From positions 1 through 42,658 of IMG/VR virus record IMGVR_UViG_3300046788_000246: a DNA stretch of 42,658 bases; one strand, written 5' to 3'. Made by a program: the position numbers and the translations under genes. Positions 1-6,930 of this stretch are shown piece by piece. Numbering within the stretch: position 1 is the first letter of the stretch; the number at the start of each line of letters is the position of its first letter. Under the pieces are notes generated by a model. The model searched no databases, was not told the DNA's origin, and saw only the letters and a program-made list of their open reading frames with translations. The stretch comes from a virus (Duplodnaviria; Caudoviricetes).

Positions 1-35
1 GTCAAAATCACACAATACATGTGCAGAATAGCGGC

Positions 36-65
36 TGAGATATTGCAAATATTGCCAATATCTCA
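36..65. promoter_or_regulatory. AT-rich inverted repeat, operator-like
   Basis: TGAGATATTG (36-45), 10-nt spacer, CAATATCTCA (56-65): perfect 10-bp arms in a non-coding AT-rich segment. Confidence 0.5.
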
Positions 66-83
66 AAGTCTTAGCCATTAACT

Positions 84-243
84 CCCTACCCAGGAAAAGC
101 GCCTGGGTAGGGTATGGGTAGGGTTTTGGGCGGATGGGCGCCGGGTAGGGCGCAGGAAGGGCCGAAGTAGGGCCCAGGGTAGGAATGCTGCTCCCGAGCC
201 CACAAGCGGCCACCCATGCGCGTTCCGGACGCGCCCGCTACCC
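84..243. repeat. GGGTAGG(G) repeat cluster with 11-bp hairpin and G-quadruplex-type motif
   Basis: CCCTACCCAGG (84-94)/CCTGGGTAGGG (102-112) inverted repeat; GGGTAGG at 105, 116, 143, 177; partial GTAGGG at 167; inverted CTACCC at 238. Confidence 0.7.
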
Positions 244-279
244 TGGCCGCCCGGCCGACCGGGCGCACCACGGGCCGGC

Positions 280-621
280 CTAGAGCCCGTTCGCGTCGAA
301 TCGCTCTGACATCTTCGGCGCGCTACTGCGGCCGAGGATAAATTCCACATCGATCACATCCCCGTCGCGCAGCTCGTCCCAATGCTGTCGGATGTGGTCG
401 TGGGCTACCCTGTGGGTCGTCGAACGCCAATCGTAGGGGTCATAGGAAACGCCGCGACACTGAGCATCGATCATGATCACGATTGGGTCGCCCGGGTCGC
501 ACGAGTAGCCGTCGCGCCGCAAGAGGTACCGCTGTCCTTCGTTGTCGGGCAGCGGCCGAATGCACATCACCGGGATGAAGGTACCGGCGTCCCGAATTTC
601 CAGCATTTTGACCAGCATCAT
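280..621 (-). CDS. hypothetical phage protein (113 aa)
   Basis: Normal protein-like composition; ATG directly abuts the upstream TAA (TAAATG). Confidence 0.7.
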   Translation of the reverse strand: MMLVKMLEIRDAGTFIPVMCIRPLPDNEGQRYLLRRDGYSCDPGDPIVIMIDAQCRGVSYDPYDWRSTTHRVAHDHIRQHWDELRDGDVIDVEFILGRSSAPKMSERFDANGL

Positions 622-798
622 TTAAGTTTCCTCGCCATCGGCCAGGACCGCCACCGCGATGACGTCCGCGATGAGGCAGCGGCGAACGCGGGCCGCGCAT
701 CGATAGCGGCATTCCCCGTCGCCGGCGTGCGGGCAGCGCAGGCGCGGAGCGCCGTCGGCGGGTTCAGCCCTGGTCGTCTGGTGGTCGCGCTGTTGCAT
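622..798 (-). CDS. small Cys-containing hypothetical protein (58 aa, not in ORF track)
   Basis: Manual translation MQQRDHQTTRAEPADGAPRLRCPHAGDGECRYRCAARVRRCLIADVIAVAVLADGEET; stop abuts the next ATG; true start uncertain. Confidence 0.45.
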   Translation of the reverse strand: MQQRDHQTTRAEPADGAPRLRCPHAGDGECRYRCAARVRRCLIADVIAVAVLADGEET

Positions 799-1102
799 TG
801 CCGCCCCACGACTTCGGCCGGATGCGCGGCATGCGCGCGGCCCGCACGCGCGTCACCCGAATCCGTGGAATCGGTGCCTCCGGCGGCGCCACCAGGTCCT
901 TGAGCGTGCAGTGCAGCGCCGCGGCGAGAAGCTCGAGCACCTTGGCGGTGATGCGCCGGTGGCCATGCTCATAATGATAGATCGCATACTTGCTGACGCC
1001 GATCGCCTCGCCGAGCGCGGCCTGCGTCATCAGGCGGTGCTCGCGAATCTGCGCGATCCGCTTGCCGATGACCGCATCTCTTTTGCTGATAACATGGTCC
1101 AT
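764..1102 (-). CDS. XRE/Cro-CI family HTH transcriptional regulator
   Basis: IGKRIAQIREHRLMTQAALGEAIGVSKYAIYHYEHG is a classic HTH_3 motif; GAGGAG RBS before ATG 1102; no C-terminal S24 peptidase domain. Confidence 0.9.
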   Translation of the reverse strand: MDHVISKRDAVIGKRIAQIREHRLMTQAALGEAIGVSKYAIYHYEHGHRRITAKVLELLAAALHCTLKDLVAPPEAPIPRIRVTRVRAARMPRIRPKSWGGNATARPPDDQG

Positions 1103-1335
1103 CACCGGCGCTCCTCTTGATCTAAGTTGCGTGTGATTGATCCCCGGTATTTTTCTCCCGGCCGTCGTTACCGCCCCGATCCAATATGAAGCCAGGATGA
1201 CACGCATTGCCACCAAAACGTGTAGCTATATGACTCCCGTTTCCTCTTATAGCCGCTGCCGCTAGCGGCCCGGCCGGCGCCCGCAATCCGCGGGTTGTGT
1301 CAATTATGATTCCTTTACGCGAATCTCACGTTAAA

Positions 1336-1365
1336 TTGACCCCTAATTTGTTAGGGGCGTATACC
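1336..1365 (+). promoter_or_regulatory. putative sigma70 promoter with internal operator palindrome
   Basis: TTGACC (1336-1341), 18 nt, TATACC (1360-1365); CCCCTAA-N4-TTAGGGG (1340-1357) lies in the spacer. Confidence 0.5.
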
Positions 1366-1395
1366 AAAATGTTCCAACGGTACGATGGGGTTGCA

Positions 1396-1641
1396 ATGCC
1401 CCATAGACCAAAGCGCGCGCGCCCTCCTTCGATGACACTGACGGCGAAACAGCAGCTTGTCCTGCGCCTCGTCGCAGACGGCAAAACGGCCAAGAGCATC
1501 GCTCGCGAGCTCGGCGTGACCACGACCACCGTCCTCGATCATATCGAGCGCATTAAAACCAATCTCGGCGCCACCAATCGCACCAACGCCGCCGTCATCG
1601 CCGTGCAGAAGGGATTGTTGAACAACAAGCCGAAAAAATAA
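1396..1641 (+). CDS. stand-alone LuxR/GerE-type HTH regulator
   Basis: LTAKQQLVLRLVADGKTAKSIARELGVTTTTVLDHIERIKTNLGATNRTNAAVIAVQKGL matches the LuxR C-terminal HTH; no receiver or autoinducer domain; start could be upstream. Confidence 0.9.
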   Translation: MPHRPKRARPPSMTLTAKQQLVLRLVADGKTAKSIARELGVTTTTVLDHIERIKTNLGATNRTNAAVIAVQKGLLNNKPKK

Positions 1642-1663
1642 AAAAAGCCCCGCAAGGCGGGGC
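1633..1663 (-). terminator. rho-independent terminator of the lysis transcript
   Basis: Stem GCCCCGC/GCGGGGC (1647-1663) followed on the minus strand by a long T tract, between convergent genes. Confidence 0.8.
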
Positions 1664-1685
1664 CAAGTCATGGGGGGCAACGCCT

Positions 1686-2639
1686 TCACCTTATCGACAA
1701 TTTCTCATAAGGGAAAATGACTTCGACCTCGTCGTCCGTCTGAATGCCGAGCGATTCCATCAAGCCGGGGCTGATGTCGGCGACGCGACCCGTATCCTCA
1801 TGCGGTCCCCAATCCGCCGGAAAGGCGGTGAGCGACCGGCCGGTGGGCAGCGCGCGCACGAGCGCGACTTGCTCGAGCAGCATAGCCCGCGGCGTCACGT
1901 CGTAGTCCCATCGGCAAGCGATATAGTGGGCGTGGGGATCCAATCGACGCGCGAGGCCCGTAGTTTGCGGAGGCTGTCGAGGAAGAAAGAGATGCGGTGC
2001 ATCCTCGACCTCATCAATAAAAGCCAATCCCTCATCTGATGCCACTCCCTTGTCATTCGGGCCGCCGAACCATGAAACCTTGCCGCACACCGACGATGCT
2101 TCCGGCGCTTGCACACCCTCGCCGCCGGCCAGGACACCGGCGATGGCGCGGCAGATCGGATCAAATTCCTCGTTGTAGAGCGCCGCGTCGGCCTCGCTGT
2201 CCACAAAGCACGTCTCAATCAGGATCGCCGGCATAGCGGTGTTGTTGAGGAAATAGAGATCGGTGCGCTTCTTCGGACCGCGGTTGGTGAAGCCGCACGC
2301 GGCGATCGCCGCCGCCACCTGGCCGGCGAGCGCGTTCTGCGTGACGTAGAGCACCTCGGTCCCCATCGGCTTTGCCGTCTCCACATAGGCGTTGAAATGC
2401 ACCGACACGTCGAGGTCGCGCTGCTGCGCATTGTGCGCCTCGACGATGGTCTTGAGGTTCTCGTCCTGCGATCGGGAGGTGTCGTCGTGAAATATTTTCA
2501 CGTTCACACCGCGATCGCGCAGCCGATCGGCGAGCCGGTTGACCACGTTGCGGGCCTCTTCCACCTCATCGAGCAGCCCGCTCGCGCCGCGCACATAACA
2601 ACCATGCCCACTACTGATAACGATGCGACCATAAGCCAT
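1686..2639 (-). CDS. endolysin: N-acetylmuramoyl-L-alanine amidase (Amidase_3) plus C-terminal RlpA/DPBB-like domain
   Basis: ISSGHG, E, VSVHFNA, GTEVLY and MPAILIETCFVDS Zn-amidase motifs; C-terminal SWFGGP...DWGP...GRVADISPGLM resembles a double-psi beta barrel. Confidence 0.9.
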   Translation of the reverse strand: MAYGRIVISSGHGCYVRGASGLLDEVEEARNVVNRLADRLRDRGVNVKIFHDDTSRSQDENLKTIVEAHNAQQRDLDVSVHFNAYVETAKPMGTEVLYVTQNALAGQVAAAIAACGFTNRGPKKRTDLYFLNNTAMPAILIETCFVDSEADAALYNEEFDPICRAIAGVLAGGEGVQAPEASSVCGKVSWFGGPNDKGVASDEGLAFIDEVEDAPHLFLPRQPPQTTGLARRLDPHAHYIACRWDYDVTPRAMLLEQVALVRALPTGRSLTAFPADWGPHEDTGRVADISPGLMESLGIQTDDEVEVIFPYEKLSIR

Positions 2640-2651
2640 TGAGTGGCCTCC

Positions 2652-2927
2652 TTAAGGTTTCTTGCCGAGTTCGCGCGTCATGATATCGACGACCTTGTCC
2701 AGCCGATCCTTGTTCGCCTGCGTCTCTTTCTCGGTGACAGTCAGGCGATTGTTGATCTCCGCGAGGTGCGGCGAGCCGCGCACTTCGAGAATGTTCACCC
2801 GCGCCTCCAGCTCGACCATGTAGGCAGTAATCGAGAGCACGGCCGCGCCGATGGCAACGCCTTGCGCCACCAGGAAATAGACCAGAGCTTGGTTCTCGTG
2901 GAACCACGATTTGACGGAAGTCATCAT
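2652..2927 (-). CDS. putative holin / lysis-associated membrane protein
   Basis: One N-terminal TM helix (ALVYFLVAQGVAIGAAVLSITAYM) and a coiled-coil tail, directly upstream of the endolysin. Confidence 0.6.
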   Translation of the reverse strand: MMTSVKSWFHENQALVYFLVAQGVAIGAAVLSITAYMVELEARVNILEVRGSPHLAEINNRLTVTEKETQANKDRLDKVVDIMTRELGKKP

Positions 2928-3027
2928 GTGATCTCGGTTCCATCCGGAGCCTTGAACCCCGGCCCGGACTGACCTAATATTTGGGGTGGAGGGGCGAGCC
3001 CAAACCCGCCCCTCCTGCTTCACTGCA

Positions 3028-3102
3028 TCAGAACCACCGCACTTTGATGGTCAGTCGTGCGCGGTATCTTCTGATGGCTACAGAAATCGCGATCCATACC
3101 AT
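3028..3102 (-). CDS. 24-aa cationic amphipathic peptide
   Basis: MVWIAISVAIRRYRARLTIKVRWF; GGGGAG RBS at 3111-3116; hairpins on both sides. Confidence 0.5.
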   Translation of the reverse strand: MVWIAISVAIRRYRARLTIKVRWF

Positions 3103-3120
3103 CGCGGTTTCTCCCCATTC

Positions 3121-3208
3121 GGCGGGCACGGCACGGCCGCTTTCGCGCCGGGAGGGGCCTAGACCTCCCGGCAGCGCCGCTGACCCGGCGCTTCGCCTCG
3201 CGCCCGCC
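3121..3208 (-). ncRNA. candidate structured RNA (multi-stem junction)
   Basis: Outer stem 3121-3130 with 3199-3208 (10 bp including one G-U on the minus strand); inner hairpins 3147-3172 and 3173-3192. Confidence 0.4.
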
Positions 3209-3213
3209 AAAAC

Positions 3214-3447
3214 CTAATCCGTGCCATCCTTCTTGCCTGGCCGTTGCCGCCGCCGCCCGGACAGCGCCTGCACGAGCAGCCGCCGGATCGCCTCGGGGCG
3301 GGACGGAGGGGGCTCCGGTTGCGCCGCCCGCCAGCCGTCCAGTTTTGCGAGTAAATCGGCCTGTAGCCTGGTCATGACCGGCGTCCCTATCTCTTTGGGA
3401 CGACGACGTTTCTCATATTTCGTGATTTCACGACTTGACGTGGCCAT
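3214..3447 (-). CDS. ribbon-helix-helix (Arc/CopG-like) DNA-binding protein
   Basis: GTPVMTRLQADLLAKLDGWRAAQ...SRPEAIRRLLVQAL has the beta-strand/helix/helix pattern of alphaproteobacterial RHH proteins. Confidence 0.8.
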   Translation of the reverse strand: MATSSREITKYEKRRRPKEIGTPVMTRLQADLLAKLDGWRAAQPEPPPSRPEAIRRLLVQALSGRRRQRPGKKDGTD

Positions 3448-3466
3448 GTGTTCGTGGTACCACGAA
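3420..3466 (+). promoter_or_regulatory. promoter of the recombination operon with two TCGTG-N4-CACGA operators
   Basis: TTGACG (3435-3440), 17 nt, TACCAC (3458-3463); palindromes at 3420-3433 and 3451-3466. Confidence 0.65.
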
Positions 3467-3472
3467 ACAGTC

Positions 3473-3507
3473 GGGTCGGCAAGGTGCTTGTAACACCCCG
3501 CCGACCC
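3473..3507 (+). promoter_or_regulatory. 5' leader hairpin
   Basis: GGGTCGGC...GGTG / CACC...GCCGACCC stem-loop just downstream of the predicted promoter and before the GGAGG RBS of 3535. Confidence 0.5.
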
Positions 3508-3534
3508 TAACCCGAGAGCCGATGGAGGTTTCCC

Positions 3535-3936
3535 ATGGCACCCCAGGCTACCCCTAGCCGTACTACGATTCCGCCCGCCCCGTCAGCCGGGGCCGGCGCC
3601 CGTCCCCAGCTTCAGCCGATCGAGATCGCCCATGCCGCGATGCTCGCCGGGCTCGCCCGCCTCGTCGTCCCGGTCATTCCCGCGGACAACGAGCCGGCGC
3701 ATTTCGACGCCCTGGGTCAGCACATGCTGGACATCGCCGAGGTCGTCGACGACTACATGACCGCGATCGGCGACCACGTGGCCGAGAATGCCGCAACCAA
3801 GATCGACCTGAGCCTGTTCGCGGCCCCGCTGCTCGCGACCATCGAAGGCAATGCATTTTTCGAGATCGAGAACGCGGCCGCGGCCCTGCGCGAAGAGATC
3901 CGCGATCATTACGCGCCGAGGAGGTTCGCCCGATGA
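3535..3936 (+). CDS. hypothetical protein
   Basis: GGAGG RBS; ATGA overlap with the next gene. Confidence 0.75.
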   Translation: MAPQATPSRTTIPPAPSAGAGARPQLQPIEIAHAAMLAGLARLVVPVIPADNEPAHFDALGQHMLDIAEVVDDYMTAIGDHVAENAATKIDLSLFAAPLLATIEGNAFFEIENAAAALREEIRDHYAPRRFAR

Positions 3937-4184
3937 CCTACGATCATTGGAAGGCGACCAATCCGGCCGATGCCGAGCTGGGCAACACCCACGCAGACCA
4001 GGGCAAGATCGTCACCCGCTACTGGGCCAAGCCGTTCCCGCTCCGTCAATTCGACTGGGAAGCATCCTACGACGGCGACGAGCCCAACGATGCCGGCCAC
4101 ATGGCGGTCGGCCACGGCCGCACCGAAGCTGAGGCCATCACCGACCTGATCGAAAATTATCCTTTGGAGGACGGCGCATGTTGA
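3933..4184 (+). CDS. hypothetical acidic protein
   Basis: Overlap-coupled in the operon; protein-like composition. Confidence 0.75.
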   Translation: MTYDHWKATNPADAELGNTHADQGKIVTRYWAKPFPLRQFDWEASYDGDEPNDAGHMAVGHGRTEAEAITDLIENYPLEDGAC

Positions 4185-4972
4185 GCCCCCTTCAACTTGC
4201 CGCCCGCGAGGGCTGCCTGACCGCCTCGTTTCTGCCCAAGCTCATGGCCTGGGACGAGACTGAGATCCTGCGCGAATGGCAGCGCCTCGTCGGCGACCCG
4301 GCTTGGGAGCCGGAAGACCTCGACGATAAGTGGGCGGTACAATTCGGGTCCTGGATCGAGCCGTTCGCGCTCGACTGGCACGAACGCAAGACCGGCCGCG
4401 CTCTCTCGCACCGCGGCGACGTGGTGCACCACCCCGAGCGCCCGTACTTTTGCTGCACGCTCGATGGGTTCCGCGCCGACGACTCCACCGTGATCGACTG
4501 CAAGGCGCCCGGACCATGGCGCAAGCTCGATGAGGTCGAGGCCTATTACACCCCGCAACTGATCGGCCAGCGTGCCTGCCTGGGAGCGGATCGGGCCGCG
4601 CTCTTGATCGTACACGGCGGGCAGGAGCCGGTTGAGCGTCTCATCGAGTGGGAAGCCGATTATGAGCGCGCGCTCTGGGAGCGGGTCGACAACTTCTGGC
4701 ATTGCGTCGAGACGCTGACCGAGCCGGTGGCGCAAGTGCCGGTCGCCCCGCCGGTCAAACCCATAAAGACCTACGACATGACCGGCGACAATCTCTGGGC
4801 GTCGGAAGCCATCACCTGGCTCGACAACCGCGTTGCCGCCCGCAAGGCAGCGACCGCCGAAAAGGATCTCAAGGGCCTCGTCCCGCTCGACGCCGTGCGC
4901 TGCCACGGCCACGGCATCGAAATCCGCCGCGACCGCGCCGGACGCCTCTCACTCAAGGAACAACGAGCATGA
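4178..4972 (+). CDS. YqaJ/lambda-exonuclease family 5'-3' exonuclease
   Basis: LTAS, FGSWIEP, CTLDG, IDCKAP and YYTPQL motifs of the PD-(D/E)xK YqaJ family; paired with an annealing protein. Confidence 0.85.
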   Translation: MLSPLQLAAREGCLTASFLPKLMAWDETEILREWQRLVGDPAWEPEDLDDKWAVQFGSWIEPFALDWHERKTGRALSHRGDVVHHPERPYFCCTLDGFRADDSTVIDCKAPGPWRKLDEVEAYYTPQLIGQRACLGADRAALLIVHGGQEPVERLIEWEADYERALWERVDNFWHCVETLTEPVAQVPVAPPVKPIKTYDMTGDNLWASEAITWLDNRVAARKAATAEKDLKGLVPLDAVRCHGHGIEIRRDRAGRLSLKEQRA

Positions 4973-5781
4973 AAACGGTCGTCACAACCGGCGGGCCGAA
5001 CAGCGCCGACGAGATCATCGACGCTGTCATCACCAAGGGCAATCTGGCGCAGCTCACGCCGCAGGAGCGCACGCGCTACTATGTGGAGGTCTGCAAAAGC
5101 GTCGGCCTCAATCCGCTGACCAAGCCATTCGAGTTCATCGAGCTAAATCAGAAGCTCACGCTTTACGCTTTGCGCAGTTGCACCGAGCAATTGCGGACGA
5201 TCCATGGCGTATCGGTCGATGAGATGAGCCATAGAACGCTGGAGGGAGTTTTTATCGTTACGGCCAAGGTCCGCAACAAGGATGGCCGCACCGACATCGC
5301 AACCGGCGCCGTGACAGTCAGCCAACTCAAGGGCGACGCGCTCGCCAACGCGATGATGAAGGCTGAGACCAAGGCCAAGCGCCGCGCGACGCTTTCGATA
5401 TGCGGCCTGGGTTTTCTGGACGAAAGCGAGGTCGAAACGATCCCGCCTGCGTCCGTCCATTCGAGTCCTCCGCCGACTCCGTCGGTCCCCGCGAAGGCAG
5501 CGATCGAGCCACCTCACCATCCGGTGACCGGCGAGATCCAGATTGAGGACCCTCGCGCCATCGCGCTGCCAGAGGCACCCACCCAGTGGCGGCAATATGT
5601 GGCCTGGGGCAGCCGCTACATCGCAGCCATCGGCATGGCCAAGACGGCCGGCGAAATCGACAAGTGGCAAAAGCTCAACAAGGCCACGCTGGCAGACATC
5701 AAGACCAACGCGGCAAAAATCCATGACCGGATCGAGGCGAACGTCGCGGCGGCGCGGAAGCGGCTCGCGCCATCGGAGTAG
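4969..5781 (+). CDS. Bet/RecT-like single-strand annealing protein
   Basis: YYVEVCKSVGLNPLTKPF and AMMKAETKAKRRATLSICGLGFLDESE resemble Red-beta/RecT; ATG 4969 overlaps the exonuclease stop (ATGA). Confidence 0.75.
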   Translation: MKTVVTTGGPNSADEIIDAVITKGNLAQLTPQERTRYYVEVCKSVGLNPLTKPFEFIELNQKLTLYALRSCTEQLRTIHGVSVDEMSHRTLEGVFIVTAKVRNKDGRTDIATGAVTVSQLKGDALANAMMKAETKAKRRATLSICGLGFLDESEVETIPPASVHSSPPPTPSVPAKAAIEPPHHPVTGEIQIEDPRAIALPEAPTQWRQYVAWGSRYIAAIGMAKTAGEIDKWQKLNKATLADIKTNAAKIHDRIEANVAAARKRLAPSE

Positions 5782-5875
5782 CCATGGCGCCAATGAGCAA
5801 GTCTTTGGCCCCGGCGAGCAAGTCAAACGTATAGAGACATTTTAACAATACGTGAAACACGTGGAGAACTCGAAT

Positions 5876-6346
5876 ATGTCAACGTTTTCTAAAATCGTTA
5901 CCGCCTGGGCCGTCGTCCTTGTCGTTGGTGGCATCGTCGTTCTTAGCTCACAGCGATCGCAGAGCAATACGCCGGTTGCCGCGCAAGCCAGCAGGCCCGT
6001 ACCAGCGAAAAGCATGCCACCGAACGAAGCCAGAACGGTGGTCCGTATCGACGTCGGAGTCCTGGCGGACGAATATGACAGCAACGAGATCGCGACGGAC
6101 CTGAGACTCAAAGGCAAAATTATCGAGGTCAGCGGCACGGTGAATACGATCACCAAGGATGCAGTTGGATATTTGCGCGTCGATTTGGCGACGCGAAATC
6201 AATTTTTATCCGCGAGCATGAAGATGGACAAGAAACAAGAAGCGACGTTGGCGCATCTGCAAAAGGGCCAAAGGGTAATCATCCGCTGTGAGAAAATGCA
6301 GCGATGGGCTGGCACACCATACGGCGACAATTGCATTTTGATGTAA
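5876..6346 (+). CDS. membrane-anchored OB-fold (tRNA_anti-like) protein, moron
   Basis: N-terminal TM anchor; LADEYDSNEIATDLRLKGKIIEVSGTVNTI...LQKGQRVIIRC pattern; lower GC than neighbours. Confidence 0.75.
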   Translation: MSTFSKIVTAWAVVLVVGGIVVLSSQRSQSNTPVAAQASRPVPAKSMPPNEARTVVRIDVGVLADEYDSNEIATDLRLKGKIIEVSGTVNTITKDAVGYLRVDLATRNQFLSASMKMDKKQEATLAHLQKGQRVIIRCEKMQRWAGTPYGDNCILM

Positions 6347-6349
6347 CGC

Positions 6350-6919
6350 TCAGGTCGTCCCTGCCCCGGTCAGCACCTCAACCCGGCACGCCGCCGCGGC
6401 GCTGTCGGGAAACTGCTCGACCTCCCATTCGCCGGGCGCGGCAATCTTCACGATGTAGGAGCCGCTGGTGATCTCGACGTCCCGGTTCGGCAACACCACC
6501 CACACCCGATTGTCGACTCGCACCTGCACGACATGAACCCGATCAGGGTCATCGACCTTGAGGCCTCGCAGGGCGAGCGCGCGCAGCTGCTGATGATAGT
6601 GCGGCTCGCGCCACACCAGCGGATAGCTTCCATCGACCGTCACCGTGACCGTCTGCACGCCGCCGATCTTCGCCAGCGACAGGATCATATGGCAGGTCAG
6701 CGGATACCAGTCGTCACCGACGCCGCGCGATAACATCCAGCCGCAAAAATAGCCGCGGCAAATCTGCGGCCGGGCGTCGTGGATCGCGCAGCCACCGTGA
6801 CCTGGCTTGCAATGCTGGCACCATTGATTGGCCGCCTTGTCGAGCTCGAGCACGCGCAGGAGCTTGCAGCAGAGGGAGCATTTCCCGCACTCGCGTCCCG
6901 TTGTGATCTCGATCTTCAT
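6350..6919 (-). CDS. YkgJ-like CxxCxxCC zinc/iron-chelating protein
   Basis: RECGKCSLCCK...WCQHC...GCAIHDARPQICRGYFCGW. Confidence 0.8.
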   Translation of the reverse strand: MKIEITTGRECGKCSLCCKLLRVLELDKAANQWCQHCKPGHGGCAIHDARPQICRGYFCGWMLSRGVGDDWYPLTCHMILSLAKIGGVQTVTVTVDGSYPLVWREPHYHQQLRALALRGLKVDDPDRVHVVQVRVDNRVWVVLPNRDVEITSGSYIVKIAAPGEWEVEQFPDSAAAACRVEVLTGAGTT

Positions 6920-6930
6920 GGCCTCGCCAA

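Noticed and set aside
3121-3210. tRNA-like element (7-bp closing stem, ends ...GCCA)
   Set aside because: No TTCRA T-loop, D-loop or 7-nt anticodon loop; kept only as a generic structured RNA
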